Shown: in pieces, positions 46,394-57,392 of the stretch | How positions within the stretch are numbered: position 1 is the first letter of the stretch | Layout of the letters: each line of letters opens with the position of its first letter | Assembly: GCA_020536535.1 (NCBI GenBank) | Contig: JAHLWZ010000093.1 | Location: forward strand, 1 to 64,000 | Direction: 5' to 3' | DNA: 64,000 bases | Source: Pelomyxa schiedti | Taxonomy: Eukaryota; Protista; Evosea | The notes under the pieces: generated by a model | Told to the model about the DNA's origin: nothing | The model's input: the letters and a program-made list of their open reading frames with translations, nothing else | Databases searched by the model: none | Translations under genes and position numbers: made by a program

Positions 46394-48658
46394 ATGAACG
46401 ACGACATCGTAGCACTACTTTTTAACCACATGAACACACCACAGCACCACCACCACCAGCAGCAGCAGCAACCCAAAGCCCAACCGGCAGCCTCCACGCC
46501 CCAGCAGACGACAAGGAACGCGGCGGCGGCCTCTGCGGCGGCCCCCCCACGCGCGTCGCCGTCGCAGCAGCAACCTCCACCGCCCCCCCGTGGCGCCCTT
46601 CCCCCACACCCCGCGCAGCAGACGCCCCCTACGACCGCAACGCCGCCGCCGACGCAGCTGCAGCAACAGCAGCAGCATCGCAGCGTGGTGGGCCGCGATG
46701 CCGTCGGGGTGATCGACCTCACCGACGAGGAGATCCCCCCGTCTCCCCCGACCGACGCCGTGGGGGGTTTCCCTCCCACGCCCCCCCTCAAGCATGAGCA
46801 GCCCCCACCGCCACCACCACCACCACAACAACAACCACAACCCCAGCAGCAGCAGCAGGGGCCACCAGCAGAACGAGGAGGGGGACGGGGAGGGGGAGGA
46901 GGAAGGGGAGGGGCGGGGGGGGAGCTGGGGGCGGCGGGGACAACAAGCGCGGCGACAGGGGGAAACACCGTCGGCGGCGCGGCTAACAACAACAATAACA
47001 ACAACAGTGACACAGGGACAGGGACAGGGAGAGGGGGAGGAGGAGGAGGGGATGTTGCGCACCACAACCTGTTGGCAGCATTTATGGTTGCTGCTGCTGT
47101 GGGGGGTGTTGGTGTTGCTGCTGCCCCTGTTGGTGGCGGTGGCGGGGTTGGCCTTGGGAATGTATCCTGTGTGGGTGGTGGAGATACTGTTCCTTCTACT
47201 ACAACAACTACCACTTCACAAAAGAGAAATGAACTTGAACAAAAGGCAAATGTAGAGGAAACCATGGAACCCCCGCCGTCCCATCATGATTCCACAAGAG
47301 CAACTACAACAAACACTGCAAGTCAATTGAACGCAATCAATCAAATTCCCAATCAGAAGCGAAACCATGGTACTGGCACTGTGAATAACAACACCGAGGC
47401 GCCAACTAGTAGCACTACTACACCAGAGAGCCAAATGATGCCCCCACCAAAGGGGCCTCTCCAGTCAAGCACCGCTGCCGCAGCACCACCAGACCCGGAA
47501 AGTGACACTCCTTTGGCTGTCTGAATCCTGTTCTTCCTATTCACTTTGAACCTAACTTCTGCTACTAAAGGGAACTAAGAGGGCAAAAGAATCTGACCAA
47601 CCTCGTGGCCCTCCTGCCGGCCCCAAAAAAGTGTGTCGCATATCTTCCAACTGTGACTTATTACTTATAAACAACATAGATGAAACGAATACAACTGACT
47701 ATGGGTAAGTGCCTTTGCCTTTCTTTCACCTGGAATACTTAAACCCATCTTAGGTGCAGTATTGGCGAAAGTGGGAGAAAGAATTGATGAGACTGAACAA
47801 ACTTGTGTAAAAAGCACGCAAAAAGCTTTTGGGGAGATGATGGAAGCCTTCAATCAGGCGCATCCACCCGGTTTCTTTGATGAAGTATAAACTGAATATT
47901 AACAGTCTAAACAATACAGCCACCCAACAACGCGTAAATGACTTGCAACATGTGGGGACAGTGATGGAGCAGCTTACAAAAGTTTGAGTCAATTCTACTC
48001 TCCTGACAACTAACATATCCAAGACCCTTCAACTTTTTAAAGCACGGCGAGCATCTGGTTGTTTTTCACATATTTCTTTTATTTGCTTACAACTTAACCA
48101 GGTGGAACTGCCAAATTGGATGAAGAAAGAGCTAAACGGGTGGAACTAGAAGCCAAACTTGTTGAATCAGAAAACAAACGGGCTGAAGCGGAAGCCAGAG
48201 TCGAGGAGATGTCCACCCAGATGAAAGAAACACTGGCAAAAGTCCAAGAATTGCAGGCCCAACTCGCGGATGTAGGAACACAGCTAAAAGGTTCCTCTTT
48301 TCCCTTGTGCGCCGCACATTAGTTAACGGCAATTGCAGAAGTAGTTCTCCAAAAATCCGCTGCAGAAGAAAGAGTTAAGGTGAAATCCCAAGAAGCCGAG
48401 ACTGCCCAAAAGCAACTAGGTAATTGCCCTTCTAATTTCCGAGATAATCATACACTGATGCAGCAACCTCACACACTTCCCCCTTCACACTACTTACAAC
48501 AAATAGATATGTTTAAATCATTTCTCAGTCAAGTAAACACGGCACTGGGTGTTGCACCACCAGGAGCAAATACTGCCACTACAGCAACCACTTCAACAAA
48601 AACAACTGCAACCCCTGCTCCTGAAAAGGACAAGGACATGACTACTGACAACTCCTGA
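46394..48658 (+). CDS. Low-complexity, SIM-containing protein with a C-terminal coiled coil (multi-exon), function unknown
   Basis: 376-aa Q/P/G/N-rich exon containing VIDLTDEE; downstream exons with heptad-like LDEERAKRVELEAKLVESENKRAEAEARVEEM. Exon joins are inferred. Confidence 0.55.
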
Positions 48659-48913
48659 TACAAAACAAAAAACCTTGAGAAGAAAATACAAAGACACATT
48701 GCTGAACAAGCTTTATTGTGTTTTTACAAAGACAAGACAGGGCCATCAGTTCTTCGAAGGACGCTGAAGAAATTGGGGAGAGAACAGGAACCGGGTGACT
48801 CGCAAAACCGGTCTTTCTGTTGTGGAAATGTTGACAGTGGTTCCCTGCGTCTTCCCTTTATAAATTGTCTGTTGGCGTAGTGGTAGATTGTCTATCTATT
48901 CCTCTTGAAGCAG

Positions 48914-49662
48914 ATGCATCCCAGTACCACCAACTCAGTGCCATTCCTTTTTTTATAACACCTGTACAGTTACAGTACTAGTTATTTGCACCCTTTCTAC
49001 GTTTCTGTTCTCATTTGCAAGTATAATGTTGCTCGCAAACCATACCACTTTTTAACAACATATATATCTCCCAGAAAGTGATGTTGAGCCCGGCTATCAG
49101 TATCACATTAGGGTCTATGGCGGGGTGGAACCGCAATGCAGATCACTAGTTAGCGCATATCCTGACGGCACCAATACCGAGCTGGCATCAAACGACGACG
49201 GCACCGGCAGACAAGTACCCCCAAATTAACTTATCTTTCTTTTACTTACAACAATCACGAAATCACTGATCCCAGCTGTGGCGATTCGAAGCAATTCCTA
49301 GAGTACCTGACCTGTTCTACATACGCGTTGATGGAGGCATCTCTAACAACCGGTCGCTGCTGAGCTCACCAGCGTCTGGCTGGGGGGATATAGAACTGTG
49401 GCCTCAAGACGACAACACCGGCAGACAGAAGTGGTACGTGAGGCCAATCTCGGGAACCGACAGCGTATACCACGTGATCAGTGCTGGTCCAACAAACTGT
49501 ATGACTTTCCACTACCCTTCTCCAATAGCTTACATTGTGGATCTAGATCCGTACAATATCATGAGCACACCGGCAGATGGGATCCACGTTGACATGTGGG
49601 TGGAGGATGAAGGCAGCGGCCGGCAGAAGTGGGTCATTTCAAAAAGAGGCTTCTGCTTCTAA
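48914..49662 (+). CDS. Secreted ricin-B-like beta-trefoil protein
   Basis: Spliced signal peptide MHPITVLVICTLSTFLFSFA; three repeats ending DDGTGRQ-W, DDNTGRQKW, DEGSGRQKW. Confidence 0.7.
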
Positions 49663-49768
49663 TTCCGGGTCCAGCACAACCAAATCTTTCTGTGATGTAG
49701 TAAAAGATTATTACATGTGAAGTAGGGATAAGGATTTTCTTAGCATCTAAAAAGAAAGAAGTTGCCTT

Positions 49769-51079
49769 TCATTCTACAAAAATCACATGTTGTTGCTCGT
49801 ATACATGCCAGTCCGGGGTGTATTCCAGAGCCAGGACAACAAAACCAGAAAGAGCATCCACCACACTCATTTCCTTGTTCGTGCCCTTTTCTGTGATTTG
49901 AAGCAGGAAGCCGCGGTCCACACCAATTACAAACGCCGTGGTATGCACAACCCTCAACGGTTGGCCTGTGTCATTGCAATCCCACAGTTCGTACTGCGAC
50001 TTCCAGTAAGAAATGCAGAAGAGTGAGTCACTCAATCGTGATAGGTCAAGGCCCTGTCCACGCTCAAGTGGGGTCACTTTGCCACTGGGATTCATCTCCA
50101 CAACAAATATCTGAGTGGAGTGCCCCATGTGTTGGTCCTGTATATACACTTGCAGAACACAAACCAACACTCCAGGTGTTCTTGTGTACAAAATGAACCC
50201 CTCCCGAGTGGTTCCTGTAGGCAAATCCCTGGCCACAGAGCACACCACGGTGAGGCTTCCACTTGAGAATGTCTGTTGCGCATCCACAACAAGGATCCTC
50301 TTTTCGTGTGTGGTGCCTGATTCCGCTGACCCCGGACGAATCAGCAACAACAGTTCGTCCGGGTTTGTCTTGCCCATCCCCAGAAACTCCGCACTCTCCG
50401 GCTTCGCTGTTACTCCCACAATCACACTCTGCGGTGCCGGCAGATCCCCACCCACGCCCTTCATCGGTCTCACCACGAGGCTCTGCAGGCACATGCGCTC
50501 CCTGTCCATGTCCAGCCCGCACCACCACTTCCTGTTGCAGTAGTAGCTCCCGTGGATCCCCCACGACGTCCCGCCCTCGGGGTACTCTAGCAGCAGCACC
50601 TCCACCCCGCCCAGGGTCGCGTACCCCCCCAGCCCCCCCGCGTCTGCCCGCCGGCGCGGCAGCCCCCCGGCGCCAGCAGCCATGTCCCTCAGCGCGTAGC
50701 CGGGGACCGCGCCCCCGGGGCGGCGGGCGATGTGGTGGTCGGCGTCGGCCCAGCTGGTGCCCTCGCTGCCGTCGTCCTCCAGGGTGGGCACGACGCCGCG
50801 GGGGGTGACGCTGAGGAGCAGCGGGGACACCCCGGCGTGGTGCACGAGGTTGTGGCGGTCGCCGCCCACGGGGATCACGAGGCGCCGCTCGGTGGAGGCC
50901 ACGCAGAGGTCCCACAGCATGCGGAGCAGCGGCTGGGTGAGGGCCCGCGGGGGGCTGCGGGAGCCGCACCGCGGGTGGGTCGACGTCGCGAGGGCGAGGA
51001 ACTGGTCGCGGGCACGCAGGGCAACGGTGACAACGGGCCGCGGTGCCTCCTTGTGGGATCTAAGTGTTGTGTTGCCCGT
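49769..51079 (-). CDS. Intronless ARDQ/HPRCG family protein; the conserved N-terminus lies upstream of the first ATG (possible ACG start at 51079)
   Basis: The frame is open from stop 51089-51091 through RARDQFLALATSTHPRCG to ATG 50920; LSRLSDSLFCISY, ELWDCN, VVDALSG match the family. Confidence 0.7.
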   Translation of the reverse strand, partial: TGNTTLRSHKEAPRPVVTVALRARDQFLALATSTHPRCGSRSPPRALTQPLLRMLWDLCVASTERRLVIPVGGDRHNLVHHAGVSPLLLSVTPRGVVPTLEDDGSEGTSWADADHHIARRPGGAVPGYALRDMAAGAGGLPRRRADAGGLGGYATLGGVEVLLLEYPEGGTSWGIHGSYYCNRKWWCGLDMDRERMCLQSLVVRPMKGVGGDLPAPQSVIVGVTAKPESAEFLGMGKTNPDELLLLIRPGSAESGTTHEKRILVVDAQQTFSSGSLTVVCSVARDLPTGTTREGFILYTRTPGVLVCVLQVYIQDQHMGHSTQIFVVEMNPSGKVTPLERGQGLDLSRLSDSLFCISYWKSQYELWDCNDTGQPLRVVHTTAFVIGVDRGFLLQITEKGTNKEMSVVDALSGFVVLALEYTPDWHVYEQQHVIFVE

Positions 51080-51233
51080 TTTCGTTTCCTACGAAAAACC
51101 GTTGAAGTTCCACAGTGTGGAAAATTGACAGGCACAACGAAGGTTCGCAAGGGTGTCTTCCAACCTGTGTGTCTCTCTATTTGTCTCATTTGCACCCAAG
51201 GCCACATCACTGAGTGAAAAAAACCATCAACAA

Positions 51234-54200
51234 ATGGGGAACAGCAACCAAAGCACCAAGGCGCCTCCGTCTCCGCCTCCGACACCCCCGCCACGTTCTC
51301 GGAGCGTCGTTGTTGGTTACGATGAGTTCCAGAGATCCATCCGCGACCGCGACGCGTTCTTCGCGAGGCTGGGCCAGTCCGCCACAGTCAACGACGTGCA
51401 GAACTCGACGGGGAGCGTGGTCGTGGCAAAAAACTTCGAGCTCGTGAGATGCATCTCACACGGTTGCAGCGGTGTGTGTGTGGCTGTGACAGTCCCAACC
51501 AATCCAACACAATGAACAGATCACACACTCACACAAAGTAAGTAATTAAGTAATGATTTTATGTGAATACTGTGGGCACACCCACTACGACTGGACTCTA
51601 GACTGAGGACCCAACCTGGCTCAAGAGTCAAGAGATCCAACATCCAGAATAGCACGATAGCCGTGACGTCAGTTAGCACCTGCAACGCAAACAATAACCA
51701 GAGTAAATGAAGAATAATAGATACCCAAAGTTATCCCACTTTATTCCTTAGAAGACCGTCGACTACTACAATACGTATGTTAATCTTAATTACGTATTCA
51801 CATGTCGCACCACGGGTGCGATGACAGGGATTGTTTATGAGGTGAAGTGCATTGGGGAGGGGCACCCTGTGTTGTTCAGGGAACAGTCTTACGTCCTCAA
51901 GGCTCCCTTCAATTATGGTTTCACAACAACAAATATACTCAGTGCCTTTGAGGTATTTTCTATTCTTGTTTTACTGACTTTTTGTGTGTTAAACTGCTTT
52001 TGTATTATCTCACCTTGGTTTATGTGACTGTGCCGTCTTTGTTATGCCCTGTCTTTCTTTTTTCCTCCAGCACACAGAATGAATACATTGTTGCATCAAC
52101 ATTGGAGCCACACCCAAACATCAACCGATACTTCTGTCACTTCACAGACCGCATCCCACAAGAGTATTACAACCACCTCCCACCAGCTGCCAAGGAGCTG
52201 GCCTTCGACCCAGTTCAGAACAGGATGCATGCATGCGTGTGGGTTGTCCTCGAGCATCACTCTGAGACATTGGAACAGTTCCTGGCACACATCAACACCA
52301 TCACTTCTCCAAACAAACTTTCCCCCCAAACAACCACACCGTGGCCCATTGTTCACAAGTATTCAAGGGATATCTGTGCGGCTCTTGTTCATCTTTTCAT
52401 GAACCAAACCATTCACTTTGACATCAAACTGGACAACATCGTTGTCTCTTCTGTGAGTTACTGTTCCCCCCCATCTCATTTCGCACTTCCAAACTATGTC
52501 TTCCCCACAACTCAAACAACAACAGAACAAAGAACAAGTGATTCTGATTGACCTTGGCTGTGCAACAAAATTTCCAAGGGCCAACTCCAAAAGAAGGCAA
52601 TTTGAGATCAAAACACAGTCTGTCATTTCAGCAACAGGGAACCAAAGTCACAGAGCACCTGAGATCATCAATGGAATCGCACGATACAGGCAGAACCCTG
52701 ATCACTCTTCAACACTGTGCTGTGACAAGGTATTTTTGATTTAATAATGTGAAACGTCTCTCATGAACAAAACACAGCAACCATCATTTGAACTTGGGTG
52801 CATCCTGTTTGAACTTGCCATGTGTGGGAAGCACCCACTTCCAGGATACCCTGGTGGTTATGGCCCAAGCGGAAAGGTCACGTTCTCATTTGAGAGTGAG
52901 GAGCTGTTCCCCATGAAACCACCACAGTTCCCAAAGGAGTTCTGTGACATCGTTCATTCGTTGCTGCAGTGCGACCCAGAGAACAGAATGCCACTCTTGG
53001 AGGCATTTGATGTTTTGTTGAACATTGAGTCACCAAGCCCTTCTGAACTCCTCTCATTTTACTCTTGGGTTGTTCCTCTGACAGATGACGCAGGTTGCAA
53101 TACCTTTTGATTCTAAGATACAGAAGCACCCAACCCACCATACTTTTCCACTGACATTTGCAGGAACACTGACAAGCAAAGCAACATGTCAAATTCTTTG
53201 TGGTTCCCCCACAGAAGACTGTGTTGACACCCTCCACAAAGCACTTGATGTTGATCCCCTTTTTTCACCTGCTTTGTTGCTTTTGCATCATCTCTCTTCA
53301 TCATGTGACCAGCCTAAGAAGACTGACAGTCGTCATCAACAGGCAGCAGTTGAAGCATCACTGAGAGGCAAGACAGCATCGTTCACAGCCACAGACGTGG
53401 AGTTAACAAGAGCGGTCATCAACAAGAAACACAGAAACACACTCCCTGAATTGGTTTTGACAGCAGTCTGGACAAGGCACATTTCACTTGATTCTGAAAG
53501 TTTCCACAACGCCACCTTGTTGCTTTTGAAAAAGTACCCAACGACAACAGCAAGAGCAAGAGCAATCCAGCAGCAAGAACAACACCATCAACCAGTGGCC
53601 AACCTCTCCATTTTTCTGAGGAGCGTGATCAACACACGAAACAAGATGATGCTGGAAGCACTTTTTGAGTTGCAAGTTGGAAACATCGACTCTGCCCTTG
53701 CTCTTGTTGCCAATGCGTTCTCCCTGTTTGAATCCGAGATGATCAGCGCCACTGGTGTGCCCACCCACATTTTTTTTTCGTCCAACCACAAATATACCCA
53801 CAGATCGTAATTGTTACTGTGATTACCTGCCTGCTCTGTTATTCCTTGTTTGTCTCCGTCGTGTCATCAATGACCACGTGTCACTTCGTCAGCACATTCC
53901 AACATGCCTGTTGCCGGCTTTCTCTCGTGCTCTCTCCTCCTCAACGGAGGAAACGAGAGCACATTGCGTGCTTGTGCTGAATGAAACCAACGTGACACAA
54001 GCCCCACAGCAGCAGGAGACTCCATGCCACAACAAAGAATGGACAGACCTTGTGTCAACAGCATCATTGAAATCCAACATTCAACATCAATCAGCATCAT
54101 CCGCAACAACAGGTTCAGCCGAACAGTCGTGGTCCTGCATGTACTTTGTTGCACTGTGGGTCCAATTCGCTGGGGTTCTGTCACATCTCTGGGAATCTGC

Positions 54201-55079
54201 CATGAGTTTGGTGTTGGTGGTGTTGAGAAGGACACTCACAAGGCAGTGACACTTTATCAGAGGGCTGCTGATGCTGGTGATGCCATGGCAATGTGCATCC
54301 TTGGTCTGTGTTATGACAATGGTGATGGTGTCGAGAAGGACATTCACAAGGCAGTGACACTTTATCAGAGGGCTGCTGATGCTGGTAATGCCAGGGCAAT
54401 GTTCAACCTTGGTGTGTGTTATCAAAATGGTGATGGTGTTGCGAAGGACATTCACAAGGCAGCGACACTGTGGCAGAGGGCTGCTGATGCTGGTAATGCC
54501 ACGGCAATGTTCAACCTTGGTGTGTGTTATCAAAATGGTGATGGTGTTGAGAAGGACATTCACAAGGCAGTGACACTGTGGCAGAGGGCTGCTGATCCCG
54601 GTGATGCTCAGGCAATGTGCAACCTTGGTGTGTGTTATCAAAATGGTGATGGTGTTGAGAAGGACATCCACAAGGCATTGACACTTTATCAGAGGGCTGC
54701 TGATGCTGGTAATGCCATGGCAATGTTCAACCTTGGTCTGTGTTTTAAAAATGGTGATGGTGTTGAGAAGGACATCCACAAGGCAGTGACACTGTACCAG
54801 AGGGCTGCTGATGCTGGTCATACCACGGCAATGTGCACCCTTGGTGTGCGTTATCAAAATGGTGATGGTGTTGCGAAGGACATTCACAAGGCAGTGACAC
54901 TGTGGCAGAGGGCTGTTGATGCCGGTAATGCCAGGGCAATGAACCACGTTGCATGGCATTACTACAATGGAACTGATGGTGTTGACCAAGACGTAGACAA
55001 GGCAGTTGGATTGTGGCGTCGGGCAGCTGCCCTGGGTCATCCTGGTGCCACTGCCACACTGAAAGATCTCCGGCTTTGA
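51234..55079 (+). CDS. PINK1-like protein kinase fused to a helical region and 8 Sel1-like repeats; probable frameshift near 54170
   Basis: MGNSNQS start; ISHGCS, VLKAPFNY, EPHPNINRYFCHFTD, HFDIKLDN, IDLG, RAPE, ELGCILFE; C-terminal 36-aa LGxCYxNGDGVEKD repeats. Early exon structure is unresolved. Confidence 0.7.
54180..55070 (+). repeat. Eight Sel1-like repeats (108-nt unit)
   Basis: NLGVCYQNGDGVEKDIHKAVTL[Y/W]QRAADAG consensus; the middle units are near-identical at DNA level. Confidence 0.95.
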
Positions 55080-55378
55080 ACCAACAACACCTGAATACAA
55101 CAACCACAAAGGTAAGGATGCAAACTCTCTACTGGCACGCTTTGCACCCAGTGTATTTGTGTCTAACAAACTTAAACAGGTGATATGGCCTGCTGTGAAA
55201 CTTAGTAATATCAGCATGCATGATGAACAACCAGATACTTCGCCTTACCAGAGTAACCCTCCGCACGGGGTAAAGCCGTTTTAAGAAAGAACTTAAAGAA
55301 AACATTAAAAAATTCCTTTTGTTAATACACAAAAACGAGCACTAGTACATGGAAATTTACTAGTACAAATGAAACACC

Positions 55379-56016
55379 TCAGAGGAGGTTGCATCCACCC
55401 TTCTTCTTGGTTGCGGTCTTGACTGGGGGTGCAATCACACATCTGATGGCTTCGTCGAAGACTTCCTTGAGACCTTTCTGTGTGAGGGCCGAGCACTCCA
55501 TGAACTTCACGGCGTTTATCTCCTTGGCCTTGGCGATTCCTTGCTCGTAGGTTATGGGAGTGGCCTTGATCTTTGCGCGCTCGCGGGCCTCTCGGTCATC
55601 ACGCAGATCGGTCTTGGTACCAACGAGAAGGCAGGGGGTCTTGGGGCAATGATGGGATATCTCGGGGTACCATTTGCTGCTCACGTTCTCGTATGATGGA
55701 GGGCTAATCACTGAGAACGCCACGAGGAACACATCAGTCTGTGGGTATGAAAGTGGCCTCTGTTGCATAAATTGAGTCGATAATGAAAAGTAGTTAATTG
55801 GCAAGTCAAACATACGAGGCGGTCGTAGTCCTCTTGGCCGGCGGTATCCCACAAGCCGAGGTTGACGGGCTTTCCGTCGACCATGACGTTTGCGCTGTAG
55901 TTATCAAACACGGTGGGGATGTACTCAGTTGGGAAGGCGTTTGTTGTGTAACTGATGAGGAGGCATGTCTTGCCGACGGCTCCGTCTCCAACAACGACGC
56001 ACTTGATAGCTTGCAT
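55379..56016 (-). CDS. RAC1: Rac-family Rho GTPase, one intron
   Basis: [50 protein letters not shown], polybasic tail + CaaX (CNLL). Confidence 0.95.
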
Positions 56017-56215
56017 TTTTGTTTGTTGCTTTTGGTTTTGCGGTACAACCTCCGGTGCTGCTTTGTTGTTTTTTCTTTATTTGTTGTTGATTTTTTTTCG
56101 TCTTTTGATTAAAAAGGCGAAGATTAGACAAGGAACGGGACGGACTTGAACTGCGTTTCAATAGAAAACTGGAAATAGGCCCGAAACCAAATGGGGAAAA
56201 GATTGAATCTCGTGT

Positions 56216-57330
56216 TCAAAGTGTCAGGCGCTGGTACAGGTACCAGACACCACAGATTGTGAAAATTAGAACCCCGGTCGCTGCGTCGCAGACGCTAAGT
56301 TCGTCAGCGGTTGTCTTGTGCAGAACCAGCTCATCACATAAACTCATGACTTGGTTCTCCACATTGAAAGAACGAAGGGGCGTGTGAGGGTTCCTCACGT
56401 CGTGTATGGTGCAACTGTTAGTGTTTTTGTCAGTGACGGCAAAGTAGCAATGCCCGATCGGGATGACCATCTGGAGTCCTAGTGCGAGTAGCTTCTGGCC
56501 GGTAGTGGCACATAGGACCATGCCCTGGTGCTTCGCATCGACTGCAAACAAGTATATATTCCCAGCAAAGGACCAGGCGCGCTTTGCTTGCAGTATTTCG
56601 AAGGTGTTCTCCATTACAATGGACATTTTTCCTGTTTGTTGAGACTTGGCCAGGTCCACAACAGAGATGAACTCGTGTCTGCCAACCACAATTAAATTGT
56701 CATCCACAAGGTCGGCAATGTTATACCCGTCGTAGAAAGGCACGGTCGTGGGCGGCAGAAGCAACTTGCCGGAATTCCACAGCAGCATCTTCCTGAGGTC
56801 CAGAACGACGACCCACTCCCTGCTGCACAGCACAGACACGCGCCTCACAGAGCTGTGCAACTCCACCTCCTCCATCCCGTCCAACCCCACGTCTGCTCCC
56901 CGCGGCATAGAAGCCATTGCCCACTCCTTGTGTCCTTCCTCCTCGGTCCATTCCACGTCCCTTACTGCCAGTTGGTACATGCGGCCGTCGCGGATCTCTA
57001 CGGCGAGCCTGTGGCCCGGCCCAGTCCAGCCCAGCGGGCGCGGGACGCACTCGCACACGAGGCGGGGGCCCCCGCCGAGGAGCCCGAGGGTGGGCGACAC
57101 CGCGAACGCGACGATGGTGGGGTGGCGGCTGCCCTCGATGCCCACCTCCACCGCCACCTCGGGCCCGCCGCCGCCACCACCCAGCGGCGGCCGATTTCGC
57201 TGAGCAGCGAGGGGGCGAGGGACCCGGCGGGGCTGCTGCCGGCGCCGCGGCAACGTCCCACAATCGAGGCCGCCCCGAGGGCCACAAACTGGGACCGCGC
57301 GTCGATCCGCACTAGGGACGGGGCCCTTCA
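56216..57330 (-). pseudogene. ARDQ-type family member with a frameshifted 5' end (pseudogene or assembly indels)
   Basis: IDARSQFVALGAASIVGRC...SEIGRRWVV is in the 56998..57312 frame, while EVAVEV...FAVSPTLGLL...VCDAATG is in the 56216 frame. In-frame stops lie just upstream of the motif. Confidence 0.55.
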
Positions 57331-57392
57331 TCAATGGAGGGTTCGGAGAAATAGCCTCAATTCATTGACAAAATTGATTCATGATACTGGCA

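Noticed and set aside
54180-55070. Regular 108-nt repeats (and 48-nt repeats at 18380-18695) as a possible CRISPR or satellite
   Set aside because: There are no unique spacers, and the repeats are in-frame coding Sel1 and Pro-rich units in a eukaryote.
55210-55300. ATGATGA resembling a snoRNA C box between the Sel1 and Rac genes
   Set aside because: No matching D box or terminal stem was found.
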